A stretch of 64,000 nt of DNA from Escherichia phage vB_EcoA_4HA11. Under the pieces are notes generated by a model. The model saw only the letters and a program-made list of their open reading frames with translations. It made no database searches and was not told where the DNA came from. Within the stretch, counting starts at the first letter, position 1. Each line of letters starts with the position of its first letter. Shown in pieces: positions 49,447 to 59,211 of the stretch. Location of the stretch: the sequence record MN445184; one strand, given 5' to 3'. The position numbers were made by a program, and so were the translations under genes.

Positions 49447-50319
49447 TTATTTAAAGGAGTCTACAATGGATTTGAAAATATAATCTTTGGAGCGTTGTTG
49501 TACCGGGAGTTCTCCATACGGAACCATGCAAGGGTGTTGCTTGGTCTGAGGGTCTTTGACTGGGCCATACACCCATCCCTCAGCCTCCTTCTCCGCCATC
49601 CAGCTCTCATGCGATTCGCTGGGCTTACGATCACCAGTGAGATGGAAGATAACACCTTTGCAAGCGCTCTCACGCTGCCAGGCCGGAGATTGTTCCCAAG
49701 GCAGTTGAGAGTCGTCACCAACAGACTTGCAGTATGCGCGGTTGGCTTCATGACAAATCTTGGCGATGCGCAGAACCAATGGCGAATAAGTGAGATCGAG
49801 TTTGGAGTTGGCGCGCAGGAAATCACTAACAGCCTTACGAGATTTGGCGTTGTGAGAGTCAACAACAAGTTCCATGTCATCCGGCCCACAAACGAAAGAC
49901 GCCAAGAAGCGCTCGCCATTTTCCGCTCTGAACATCACGTCCTGAATCATCACATTGAAGCCGAGGTGATAGGCCGGGCAGAGGGCGCTACGTTCAACAG
50001 CGTATTGATCGATCCGGATCTCTGCCGTTTCCGTGGCTTTGGCCAACAGATCTTGTTCAACAAGCGCCCGGTACGCCTCCAGCTGCCACAGCTGGTCGAA
50101 GGTGTTATTGTAGGAAATCTCTTTGCCCAGGGCTTCATCGAAGTTGGCCGGGTCTATGGATGTGCTGGGCTTGGTGCCGTGAACGACGAAGCCGTTATCC
50201 ATCTTGAAATGACAAGTGATAGCCCGGTGACCGCCGACTTCGCGGTCTTCGTAAATCACCTCAGCGATATGTGACTTCAGGACTTCAGGAGTGAGTTTGA
50301 TGCCAGTACGAGTTGTCAT
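49447..50319 (-). CDS. Gp49-like N-terminal domain plus RyR-repeat protein
   Basis: 290 aa; N-terminal GIKLTPEVL...ITCHFKMDNGFVVHG; C-terminal WMAEKEAEGWVYGPVKDPQTKQHPCMVPYGELP matches the RyR-domain signature as recalled. Confidence 0.5.
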   Translation of the reverse strand: MTTRTGIKLTPEVLKSHIAEVIYEDREVGGHRAITCHFKMDNGFVVHGTKPSTSIDPANFDEALGKEISYNNTFDQLWQLEAYRALVEQDLLAKATETAEIRIDQYAVERSALCPAYHLGFNVMIQDVMFRAENGERFLASFVCGPDDMELVVDSHNAKSRKAVSDFLRANSKLDLTYSPLVLRIAKICHEANRAYCKSVGDDSQLPWEQSPAWQRESACKGVIFHLTGDRKPSESHESWMAEKEAEGWVYGPVKDPQTKQHPCMVPYGELPVQQRSKDYIFKSIVDSFK

Positions 50320-50327
50320 GTGTTATC

Positions 50328-50702
50328 CTATGATATTTGTTTACAGACCTCCACTACTTTACGGCACATGACGATATCGAACAAGCCGATATGGCAATCG
50401 CGCTTCTTGATCCCCAGATTATGAGCCAGCCAGCTGTAAGCATCACTCCTGCTCCTCTGCCCACTTTTCCAGATAGGGTCAAACGACCTATGAGCTTCCT
50501 GCTTAGCAGCACGGAGAGCGGCATTCGCCATCCTTCCCAGAGGTTGTCTACCATCCCCATGGGTATGGCAACCCACACGAGCGTCGCATGGCGAGCATCC
50601 CCAGAACTTCAGTTTGTGTAGATCTGGGCGATGAGGGTAGAGTACATCACCACTGACGTATTTGGCAGGAAGACCGCAATAATCACAAATAACTTGTTTC
50701 AT
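50328..50702 (-). CDS. Cys/His-rich zinc-binding protein
   Basis: 124 aa; ICDYCG...GCSPCDARVGCHTH. Confidence 0.4.
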   Translation of the reverse strand: MKQVICDYCGLPAKYVSGDVLYPHRPDLHKLKFWGCSPCDARVGCHTHGDGRQPLGRMANAALRAAKQEAHRSFDPIWKSGQRSRSDAYSWLAHNLGIKKRDCHIGLFDIVMCRKVVEVCKQIS

Positions 50703-50719
50703 ATTCTTTACCTAAAAGA

Positions 50720-50740
50720 AACCCCGCACACGGCGGGGTT
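50720..50740 (-). terminator. Hairpin terminator
   Basis: AACCCCGC-ACACG-GCGGGGTT followed by TCTTTT on the minus strand. Confidence 0.55.
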
Positions 50741-50761
50741 GCTCAGGCCGGAGCCGACAGA

Positions 50762-51133
50762 TTATTTCAGGAGTTTTTCCAGTTCTTCAACAGAGAGACC
50801 TTCCAGTTCCTGCTGTTTCTTACGCTGGATCAGTTCCATGATCGCCTGGTTATTCGCTTTACGTTCGGCGGCGGTTGCGCTTTCGTCACGTTCTTTCAGT
50901 TTAACACCGATGATCGCTTTCACGATATCGAAACGCAGTTGTAACTGAGAGTCGACTGCGCTTTTCACGCCGATGAAATCTTCTTCATCGCTGGCGGCTT
51001 CCTTCACCTGACGGCTGAGGTCTTTCGCCAGTTCGTTTAGGGCATTCAGGTTCAGATCCCAAACCTGCTCAACAGACAGCAGACCTTTGTTAGAGTTGAA
51101 ACGCAGTTTTAAACGGGTTGCTTGATCAAACAT
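50762..51133 (-). CDS. Hypothetical protein
   Basis: 123-aa ORF, helical and charged. Confidence 0.4.
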   Translation of the reverse strand: MFDQATRLKLRFNSNKGLLSVEQVWDLNLNALNELAKDLSRQVKEAASDEEDFIGVKSAVDSQLQLRFDIVKAIIGVKLKERDESATAAERKANNQAIMELIQRKKQQELEGLSVEELEKLLK

Positions 51134-51170
51134 TTCATTGTTCCTTATTACGAATTTGTGGTCAAATCAA

Positions 51171-53189
51171 TTAGAAAATGACTTTTACAGTACGGTTAAA
51201 CGCGCCGGACACTTTGACGAACACGTGGTTGCGTTGCGTCGTCGAGAATCCCAGACCGGACAGTTGGTTTTCATTCGGCTGGACTTTCATTTTACTACCC
51301 AACATTTCAAAAACCTTACGATGTTTATCCAGTTCCGGCTTCAGATATTCGTTGTAGAAACCACGAGTACCTTCAGGATTAGCACAGCCTTCAAGAATGA
51401 AGAACACGTGCTTGTTGCCTGTCTGCTCGCCATCCCAATGGTTTGGTGAATTCAGGACCAGCTGTACTTTCTGGAAGGTCGCAGTCTTGATACCCCAAAC
51501 TTCTTTAGACTTATCAACATTAGCCAGTTCGGACTTAATGCCAACAACTTGTTTGTCTTTAACAGTCAGGATGACTGCAGTGATACGCCCCTGATCTTTC
51601 AGGCCAGGATGGCTGAAACGATGCGTTGCGCCTTTGTATTCTACTTCGACTTCAAACCCTTCGTCGATTTTTTCACGTTGATTGTAGTTGTGGATTTCGA
51701 AACGGTATTCACCATCGCGCAGCTTGCTTTCATCTGTAAAGATGATATTTTCCACCGGGGCGCGGTTTGGATCAATACCATCCATACCGTTCATATCGAT
51801 ATCCAGATGGGCACCTGTCATAGAGCGGCGATCACGGAAGTAAACGTGCTCCATGTTGTTGAACATATGCAGATCGAGGTCGTCGTTGTTGTGCCACGCC
51901 AAGGAAACGCGCAGATACCCGTCAACTTTACCACCAGCAGCCTTTACACGTTCTTTAATGGAATCGGTCACTTCACCGTTGTAAGACCAGGAGAAACCGT
52001 TGTTCCACTTGAACAGGTTAGGCGCATCTGGGTTCGCCGGAGCAACCAGGGACATCAGGTTGCTAGTATGAGAATTCTCTACAAGCACTTCCATTGAATG
52101 CGCTTTTGGCAGAACATTGCTCAGGAAATCATCAACGCTGATCTCTTCAACTTTTTCCAGGGATTTGGTCGGAGTTTTCACTTCGGCGGCCAGCTGTGCA
52201 AACGGATCCATCGCTTTCTGAGCGGCCAGATCTGCGAACAGAACGTTGTTGATTGTCAGATCATCGTAAACCGCATAACGACGCGCCAGTGAGTCTTCCA
52301 AACCCAGAGCAATAACTTCTTTCTGAGCGTTTTCGATCATGGATTTTGAAACCAGCGCTGTCGGACGTTTGTAGTTCGCCGGAGCAACTTTGGATTCAAA
52401 CGATTTAACAGCCTTTTCCAGTTCCACGCCTTCGCTGATATCTGTCAGCAGAGTGCCGATAACTGTGTTGCGGATGCCGTGTGGAACATGATTGTTTGAA
52501 CGGTATCCAGTATGCCACGCCCACAGAGAACGGGCTGATTCGGGGACTTGTTCATATGCCTTTTTGGTTTCAACAAATCCCTTCACTGCTGCTTTGTGTT
52601 CTGCGCCGCGATACAGAGAATTCTGGTCAATCAGTTCCAGAACGATTTCAGCTGATTCCAGAGTAATTTCACGCAGACCGCGTTCAAACAATTCAATAGC
52701 CTGGCGAATTTCACCTTTTTTCGAAGCGATTGCGTCCGGACGCAGAACATAGCTACCAAGTAATTGGGTATGGAAATGATTGTAAGTACGGATTTTGCCA
52801 TCTTCACCAGATTCGTGATTGTGAGACAGGCCGACTTTGGCAGAATCGTTAAAATAAACATCGACGATTGCGTGTTGTTTGACATACGCGGAAAGAGCCG
52901 CAGCCACCACGTCATATTCATTACCCAGATCAATGTTGTCCCAGATAGAAATTACGTTCAGTTCTGAATCGATGGTGACAACACCGCCGATGTTACGGAT
53001 GAATTGTTTACAGCAGGTGCAATCGTGTTCAGTACGTTCGCGGTACAGCGGGTTAGTACCAGCAGGGAAAGATGCCAGATACAGATCCCAAAGAGCATCT
53101 TTATCGATATTGGTCATGAACAGACCAGTTGCGGACATCGCCAGCACGTTGTTATTAACTGCCGTTGCGAAGGGTTTGAATTCTGCCAT
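51171..53189 (-). CDS. Large hypothetical protein (672 aa)
   Basis: Long ORF; no Walker or polymerase motifs seen; Cys cluster HDCTCCKQF near the N-terminus. Confidence 0.55.
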   Translation of the reverse strand: MAEFKPFATAVNNNVLAMSATGLFMTNIDKDALWDLYLASFPAGTNPLYRERTEHDCTCCKQFIRNIGGVVTIDSELNVISIWDNIDLGNEYDVVAAALSAYVKQHAIVDVYFNDSAKVGLSHNHESGEDGKIRTYNHFHTQLLGSYVLRPDAIASKKGEIRQAIELFERGLREITLESAEIVLELIDQNSLYRGAEHKAAVKGFVETKKAYEQVPESARSLWAWHTGYRSNNHVPHGIRNTVIGTLLTDISEGVELEKAVKSFESKVAPANYKRPTALVSKSMIENAQKEVIALGLEDSLARRYAVYDDLTINNVLFADLAAQKAMDPFAQLAAEVKTPTKSLEKVEEISVDDFLSNVLPKAHSMEVLVENSHTSNLMSLVAPANPDAPNLFKWNNGFSWSYNGEVTDSIKERVKAAGGKVDGYLRVSLAWHNNDDLDLHMFNNMEHVYFRDRRSMTGAHLDIDMNGMDGIDPNRAPVENIIFTDESKLRDGEYRFEIHNYNQREKIDEGFEVEVEYKGATHRFSHPGLKDQGRITAVILTVKDKQVVGIKSELANVDKSKEVWGIKTATFQKVQLVLNSPNHWDGEQTGNKHVFFILEGCANPEGTRGFYNEYLKPELDKHRKVFEMLGSKMKVQPNENQLSGLGFSTTQRNHVFVKVSGAFNRTVKVIF

Positions 53190-53285
53190 GGTATAGTCTT
53201 CCTGTTTCAGTTCAAAGTGAGCGCCCTTATCGGGGCGCGTCGTTAAAGTGAGGTCAATATACGCTGAAAAGATTTATTGAAAAGT

Positions 53286-53693
53286 TTAAACGGGAATCAT
53301 GTTTACTCGAATACTTCTGAACCGTTTCCCGTCATAACTGGTGTAACCAACAACCGTAACTGATCTTGTTCCCTTTGGATAACCCTTTGGAGTACTCACA
53401 ACGCGCACAGGGCGCTTGCTTTCTTTATCGTATTTCGAAATCAATTTCAAAAGATGTTTATCGATCTGGCTTAAACTATCACCATACACGGTATATTGAT
53501 ATTGCTCGCAATTACCCAACAAAATGATAAATTTATAAATTTTGTCGACCAAAGATCGACATTTTGGATCATCATAATGATGCCGACAGACTTGACATTC
53601 ATATTTCCCAGTATTCATGTTGAACAATTTTGTCGCCCGACTTGAACACGCTGGGCATACTTTCCATGAACGATGATGTTTTACGGGTTTCAT
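53286..53693 (-). CDS. Zinc-ribbon protein
   Basis: 135 aa; CPACSS...CQVCRHHYDDPKC. Confidence 0.45.
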   Translation of the reverse strand: MKPVKHHRSWKVCPACSSRATKLFNMNTGKYECQVCRHHYDDPKCRSLVDKIYKFIILLGNCEQYQYTVYGDSLSQIDKHLLKLISKYDKESKRPVRVVSTPKGYPKGTRSVTVVGYTSYDGKRFRSIRVNMIPV

Positions 53694-54916
53694 TTTTTCA
53701 TCTTCTCTAACAGATTAATAGAACGAACGGGAGTCTTCTGTAATGGCTGATTAACTTCACCACCATTATACCCCACCTTTCCTCGAGGTTTCTCCCCGCG
53801 CATCACCGCCTCAACGCAGCGGGTATATTTCTGAAGTTCACAGAACATGTTCTCCAACTGCATAACATTCATGCAACGGTCTTCCGGTTCTTCTGCCGAC
53901 CAAAATTCATTACGTTTATACCCGTACTGAGCGAACAATTGATCTTGATGATCACGAACCCAGAATATGCATTCTTCATGCGTCATGCCGTCCTTGTCCA
54001 AAAATAACAGATCGATACCAGCACGGCAACCTGGACCAGCGATAGTGAAGTGGTTTTCACTGAATGGATATTCATCGATGTATGTAAAATCAACCCAAAT
54101 CTGGTATGCCAAGAATGGTCCAAGCCCCTCAATGTCGTCATACATCGCCTGGTAAACAGAGTCGGGACGGCTAAATTCCCTGAGGCGATCAAAGTAATGA
54201 GGGTGTTTGTTGACGAATGCCTTCAAAGAGCGGATGACTCGCATCGGCATGTATGGTTCCCAGCCTTCTATTTTGTATTCACCAGGATTATCTTCGGCCA
54301 GCTTCTTGGCAACCTTGTAATCCATTTCATCTATAACACCGCCAACCCGATGGACTTTTACCTTCATGCCGCCAAAGCGTTGCTCCTTGTGGTTGACAAC
54401 TAGTTCAGGGAAAGCCAGGCATTGTTTCAGACCGCCTGTATTAAACGCATTGGTGAAAACTTTGCCACCTTTAGATTCGAATTCCTGAAGAACATCTCGA
54501 CACCATTCAAGATTTATGTTTCCGAATTCTTCGATCGTCCATGGACCACCCAAAGCCTGTATAGGTTCCCACATGTTGTACATTCGGAACAATACACAGT
54601 TGAACATTTTGTCAGATAGCGTGAGATCCTGATCGAGGATGATATTATTGATCAAATTTCGAGACTGCCTATCGTGCTCTCTCCGCACGTTACAAAACTT
54701 GACTTGGCGTAATACCGGATTATCCGTCCATGGCGCTGGAAGGCATTGCACGTCCTTCTTGACATGTATCGCATAACGATCCCTCATCCATTCATATGCC
54801 AGCTGGCGGTGGAATGAACTTAACATAGGATGGGCTGATTTGATTTTGGTTTCACGGACACCGCAATATGGGATGTCATGTGGTTTATCTTTCATGGTAT
54901 CCTCTCTAGAATACAA
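53690..54916 (-). CDS. Hypothetical protein (408 aa)
   Basis: Long ORF, ATGA overlap with the downstream zinc-ribbon gene; no family recognised. Confidence 0.55.
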   Translation of the reverse strand: MYSREDTMKDKPHDIPYCGVRETKIKSAHPMLSSFHRQLAYEWMRDRYAIHVKKDVQCLPAPWTDNPVLRQVKFCNVRREHDRQSRNLINNIILDQDLTLSDKMFNCVLFRMYNMWEPIQALGGPWTIEEFGNINLEWCRDVLQEFESKGGKVFTNAFNTGGLKQCLAFPELVVNHKEQRFGGMKVKVHRVGGVIDEMDYKVAKKLAEDNPGEYKIEGWEPYMPMRVIRSLKAFVNKHPHYFDRLREFSRPDSVYQAMYDDIEGLGPFLAYQIWVDFTYIDEYPFSENHFTIAGPGCRAGIDLLFLDKDGMTHEECIFWVRDHQDQLFAQYGYKRNEFWSAEEPEDRCMNVMQLENMFCELQKYTRCVEAVMRGEKPRGKVGYNGGEVNQPLQKTPVRSINLLEKMKK

Positions 54917-54917
54917 A

Positions 54918-54942
54918 AACAGAGGCCATTATAGCCTCTGTT
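54918..54942 (-). terminator. Hairpin terminator
   Basis: AACAGAGGC-CATTATA-GCCTCTGTT with TTTTTGTAT on the minus strand. Confidence 0.55.
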
Positions 54943-54964
54943 GTTTAGTGAATAACGGATTATA

Positions 54965-55828
54965 TTAATCGAAGCGAGAGAGGTGTGTCACAGTGTTTTG
55001 AACAGGTGCGCACGCGTATACACGAACATTAGCACCCCACACCCCACACAGCTTAGGCATATTGGTATCGTTAATGATATACGCTGGCACATAACTTTCA
55101 ATTTGGCCGTTAACATCTACGGGTCGAGAAGATTTTTCAACTGCCATAGAAAGAATTACTTCCAACGTTTTTGGAGATACCAACGCCACGCCGTTCATAT
55201 CATCAACAAATACCTGACCTTCTTCAATTGCCATGCTGGCAACGATGTCATTGATCTGACGGGAAGGGGTATTCGTCAGCATATCAGAGAAATCAGGCTC
55301 TTTGAACACAGCCATGTTTTTCAGGAATTTTCCTTTCGGATATTCTTTGCCATTCCACATCACAGTCTCATTCACTTTGATGCATGCCTGAGGGAATTCA
55401 CCTTCAACGCGTAACTGGCCATCTGGGAAACCGCGTGAATAATAATATTCCAGTGCCGGACCGACTTCATCTTCTGAGCGAATAAATTTGCTCATGTTAG
55501 AGGCAAACACACGTTGTAAACATTCATCACCATTAAAACCAGCGATATGGGCCACGCCGTCATTAACAGTTGTGATATCACCCTGAGCGTCCATGATGGC
55601 TTTCAGGATTTTATCCATATCAACATCATCGGTGTCTTCTTTTGGAGTTGCCACCAGCTCAAGTTTGATGTCATGATCGAAATAAGCCGCTTCCAGTAAT
55701 TCGCGGGTCTCTTCCAGAACCAGTTTGGCCTGATTGCGAATTTTACCGAAGTCAGGGGCTGTAATATATCCAGCCGCATTACCAAAAGCCAAATTCAATC
55801 TCACGTTTTTATTAAATGTAGTTGTCAT
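54965..55828 (-). CDS. Hypothetical protein with possible MazG-like N-terminal domain
   Basis: ORF track 54965..55915; internal start MTTTF used. AKLVLEETRELLEA is MazG/HisE-like; the rest is unrecognised. Confidence 0.35.
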   Translation of the reverse strand: MTTTFNKNVRLNLAFGNAAGYITAPDFGKIRNQAKLVLEETRELLEAAYFDHDIKLELVATPKEDTDDVDMDKILKAIMDAQGDITTVNDGVAHIAGFNGDECLQRVFASNMSKFIRSEDEVGPALEYYYSRGFPDGQLRVEGEFPQACIKVNETVMWNGKEYPKGKFLKNMAVFKEPDFSDMLTNTPSRQINDIVASMAIEEGQVFVDDMNGVALVSPKTLEVILSMAVEKSSRPVDVNGQIESYVPAYIINDTNMPKLCGVWGANVRVYACAPVQNTVTHLSRFD

Positions 55829-55844
55829 AATATAGCGACTCCAG

Positions 55845-56240
55845 TTATTCGCTTTTTGCCCGACTTGGGCGAATAGTGTATTTTGGAACCAATTTCCACT
55901 CAGAAACTTGGTCATGTTTTACAACTTTGATCCGAGACATGTCAGCCACTTCGGTTATTTGTTCCGGATGCAAGATCTTAACCATATTCCATTGCTCCAG
56001 AAGCCGTATAATCCGATTCATACGCAGGACATCTTCACGCGTAAAGCCGTTATAGTGCCCATCTAGCATGAACAAATGCTTGAAATGCACGATGTGATAT
56101 CTGCCAAATTTATGCAGGATATGACACGTTTGATACAAGGTGTTAGGCTCTTGACGAGTGTTAACCCCTATCCGACTCAGCGTTTCCTTGATACCCAGGA
56201 AAATCCCTGGTTTGTCTTGGTTCAATTGAACTTCAACCAT
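55845..56240 (-). CDS. regA: Translational repressor RegA
   Basis: ORF track 55845..56309. From the internal ATG at 56240, MVEVQLNQ...KETLSRIG...LYQTCHILHKFGRYHIVHFK...EWKLVPKYTI parallels T4 RegA; a longer form from 56309 is possible. Confidence 0.8.
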   Translation of the reverse strand: MVEVQLNQDKPGIFLGIKETLSRIGVNTRQEPNTLYQTCHILHKFGRYHIVHFKHLFMLDGHYNGFTREDVLRMNRIIRLLEQWNMVKILHPEQITEVADMSRIKVVKHDQVSEWKLVPKYTIRPSRAKSE

Positions 56241-56338
56241 ACAGTCAACAATGCTGGCCTCATCGTTGACAGCTGAAAGTTTTAAGATGTCCAGCGTATT
56301 ACGCGCCATGACTCATACCCCTTTAACAATTATTTGAA

Positions 56339-56761
56339 TTACTTAGCCTTGCGCGGTTTGGCTTTTTCGTTGCTGTTGGAACGTTCGACCTTCGCCTTGA
56401 TTTCAGCCAGGACTTCTTTCGGCAGGAATCGAACATATTCTGAAGCCTTTTCAGGACTGATGTAATAATACTCAGAAATCAATTTCACATCAGGATCCAT
56501 AGCTCCCTTCTTAGACCACTTGTCATAGCGACGTTTTGCCGGAATGCTATGAAACGCCAGGTTCCATTGCATCCAAGGAGTAATGGCATGGAAGCGGTTC
56601 ATTTGTTCGGCAACCACAAGCGTGTCTTTACTCTGAGCAAGGCCGCGCCGAGTCATGAAAGGATCAAAAGCCTTTCTGATTTCGGGGTCTTCGGTCATCA
56701 ACAGATTCTCTTTGGTGCTATTCAACGCACCGAGGTAATCGAACAGTGACGGAGCGGCCAT
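56339..56761 (-). CDS. 62: Clamp-loader small subunit gp62
   Basis: 140 aa between gp44 and regA as in T4; SIPAKRRYDKWSKK resembles T4 gp62 AVPRGKRYGKWAK. Confidence 0.6.
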   Translation of the reverse strand: MAAPSLFDYLGALNSTKENLLMTEDPEIRKAFDPFMTRRGLAQSKDTLVVAEQMNRFHAITPWMQWNLAFHSIPAKRRYDKWSKKGAMDPDVKLISEYYYISPEKASEYVRFLPKEVLAEIKAKVERSNSNEKAKPRKAK

Positions 56762-56765
56762 AATA

Positions 56766-57755
56766 TTACTTCCATTTGATGTTGAGCATGACGTTAGTCA
56801 AGAAGTAAACGCCGTGCAACCAGACGTCGCCGACGGAACGATGTTCGATCTGAGACTGACCACAGACGCATACCAGATCAGGGATTGACTCGTTTTGAAT
56901 CAAAGGAGTCTTTTCCTTGTTCTGGGGAACGCAGAAATGGAAGAAACGGGAATAAAAATCTTCAGTGATGTAGTTTTGGTTGTCGGTCACCCACTGCTTC
57001 ATCCCAGCCCAATCATTGGTTTTTAGGAAATCCACCAACGCTTGGAATTCCCCTGCTTTAACCTGTGCCAGAGCGCGTTCATCGATTTTACCAAACGTGG
57101 TGGCATTATCCTGAAGAGTTCCCATAATTTTGCGATTATCTGGGAAATATGATTTCACAATGGAAGCAATTACACCAGCTTCATACGGAATGCCTTCCTC
57201 TGTCAGGATAGTTGCGCAACGACGCATGAATTGAAGTTTAACTTCATCTGCTTCCTTTTCAGACCAGATAAAATCAATTTCGCGACAGCGGGAACGCAGA
57301 GGTTCGTTAACGCGCTGTTTCGCATTAGTCGTCAGGATGAAGGAGCAGTTTTTGGAGACTTTCTCTACGATGCCTTTCAGGGATTCCTGTGCCGCCATAG
57401 AAAGTCGCTCAACTTCATCAAGGATAACGACTTTACGGCCACCGAAAACACTGACGCCAGTTGCGTATTGAATAACACGGTCACGGATGACATCAATGCT
57501 GTTATCCAGTGACGCATTGATCATCAACGGTTTGATACAACCGATTTCGTTGCAAACAGCCAGAGCAGAAGTAGTCTTGCCCGTACCAGGCTGAGGGGAA
57601 TAGAACAGCATTGAGGGGATGTTTCCATTGCCTGATGTAACATAGCCATGGATTTTTGCACGGACGTCTGAAGGGAGGACGATCTCATCCAGATTGTCAG
57701 GGCGATATTTGTTTTCCCACGCGTATTGATCTGTGACGATAGTGATGTTAGACAT
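56766..57755 (-). CDS. 44: Clamp-loader large subunit gp44 (AAA+ ATPase)
   Basis: 329 aa; ENKYRP, Walker A SPQPGTGKTT, Walker B ILDE, SRC motif SRCREI. Confidence 0.85.
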   Translation of the reverse strand: MSNITIVTDQYAWENKYRPDNLDEIVLPSDVRAKIHGYVTSGNGNIPSMLFYSPQPGTGKTTSALAVCNEIGCIKPLMINASLDNSIDVIRDRVIQYATGVSVFGGRKVVILDEVERLSMAAQESLKGIVEKVSKNCSFILTTNAKQRVNEPLRSRCREIDFIWSEKEADEVKLQFMRRCATILTEEGIPYEAGVIASIVKSYFPDNRKIMGTLQDNATTFGKIDERALAQVKAGEFQALVDFLKTNDWAGMKQWVTDNQNYITEDFYSRFFHFCVPQNKEKTPLIQNESIPDLVCVCGQSQIEHRSVGDVWLHGVYFLTNVMLNIKWK

Positions 57756-57833
57756 TGCAGCCTCTTTAGATAAAACGTTTCAAAGGGCGGGGAAACCCCC
57801 GCCACCGATAATAAAGCGCCGAATCGTTATTGA

Positions 57834-58517
57834 TTAATCCAGCTGCATGCCGACGTAATAGTTGATGGTGCCGTCTGCGGATTGGAAGTTAACCAGTTGC
57901 ATTTCGGCACAGGCGCGGATCACGTAGTTGCCTTCGATCATTTTCAGGTTGACCACATCAACAGGCATAGCAAAATCACCCAGAGTTGTTTCACCCAACT
58001 CAACAGTGTAATCGTTGGAATTGTCGATAGTAGTGGTCGTGCCCACCAGACGAGTTTTACCGCCGCTGGCAACCAGACGTACAGTTTTGTGGCCCAGAGT
58101 AGAACAGGCGCGAGTCAGCTCTTTCATTTTTTCAGGAGTGACTGTTGCTTCAAATTCTACAGACGGAAGATCGATGCTGTCTGCCGGAACGACAGTCAGT
58201 TCTTTAGCGGAACGCCAGAATTGCAGTTGGGAGTTTTCACCTTTCAGCAAAATGTGGTCTTCCGACATTTCAATTTTACCGCCTTTAAAACTCGGCAGAC
58301 GCTGGATTGCCAGCAATTTGGTCAGATCCAGAATCGGGAATTCGAACGGGAAGTCTTCGTCAATGTCGGCAATAGCGATAACTGTACTGGAATCGTTAAC
58401 AGTGCGCAACTTTTTACCAGGTGCCAGAACGATAGAGGGGCAGATGGTTTCAAAGTTAGCCAGCAGTTGTAAAGTGCGTTCGGAGAGAGTGATCTCTTGC
58501 ATTAGTTGTATCCTCAA
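57834..58517 (-). CDS. 45: Sliding clamp gp45
   Basis: 227 aa; position upstream of 44-62-regA and overall pattern similar to T4 gp45; GAGGA SD. Confidence 0.8.
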   Translation of the reverse strand: MRIQLMQEITLSERTLQLLANFETICPSIVLAPGKKLRTVNDSSTVIAIADIDEDFPFEFPILDLTKLLAIQRLPSFKGGKIEMSEDHILLKGENSQLQFWRSAKELTVVPADSIDLPSVEFEATVTPEKMKELTRACSTLGHKTVRLVASGGKTRLVGTTTTIDNSNDYTVELGETTLGDFAMPVDVVNLKMIEGNYVIRACAEMQLVNFQSADGTINYYVGMQLD

Positions 58518-58840
58518 AATATAGTGGGGTTCAAGTCATATTTGACGCAAATTAGTATCGCGTGTTTGTAGTTATAGAACAAGTGATAAATTGCCCTACG
58601 CGCGATAAATAAATGCCTGACGGCATTTATAATATTCTGTTTTAATAAAACCTTTCTTTATCAGTCTACTCGCTTCGCTCGTGATAATACTCGTTGCTCG
58701 CAAAGCTCACAACTCGTATATTACGCACGGATTGTTCAACAAGAAAGCGATTTTTATTCAACAATTAAAATATTTTATTTGGTCTAAACAGAGCATGACA
58801 TTATTATGTAGCCAAGTTTGCTAACACGCGAGAAATACAT

Positions 58841-59206
58841 ATGAAGCAATTTGTTGGTTTATACGCAGTAGGGGAAGACCAAGAAGCAATTCTTTCCATA
58901 TCAGAACAACGTTCGTCATTAAAAGGCGTTTATTTACAAAGCCTTTTCTGTACATCGGGGTTTGTTGTGACACCGATGATGGTGATACCATTACTCCCAA
59001 ATAACAAAGGTCTGTATGTTGGCATTATTCAACAAGGCCAGGCGCGGGAAGTGAAAGTTGTTCCACTGCTGGCATCTAATGAAGAATTGTTTTCTCAGAT
59101 TCTTGAGCCGAAAGTGCTACAACAATGTATTGGCACGATCGACTGTTTATTTGGTTCCAACAAAGAAGGCGAGGCAACCCCCGCCTATGTGAACCAAGAT
59201 CTTTGA
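58841..59206 (+). CDS. Hypothetical protein
   Basis: 121-aa plus-strand ORF after a ~320-bp AT-rich divergent control region. Confidence 0.4.
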   Translation: MKQFVGLYAVGEDQEAILSISEQRSSLKGVYLQSLFCTSGFVVTPMMVIPLLPNNKGLYVGIIQQGQAREVKVVPLLASNEELFSQILEPKVLQQCIGTIDCLFGSNKEGEATPAYVNQDL

Positions 59207-59211
59207 AATAG

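Noticed and set aside
49495-50274. 259-aa plus-strand ORF
   Set aside because: Antisense to the Gp49/RyR gene, which has recognisable domains and sits in the minus-strand operon; likely a spurious frame.
51171-54916. Idea that the 672-aa and 408-aa proteins are a split DNA polymerase gp43
   Set aside because: No exonuclease or family-B polymerase motifs (DxE, DxxSLYPS, KxxxNSxYG, YGDTDS) are visible in either translation.
57882-58524. Plus-strand ORFs 57882..58472 and 58015..58524 inside gp45
   Set aside because: Antisense to the gp45 sliding-clamp gene; no ribosome-binding site or promoter.
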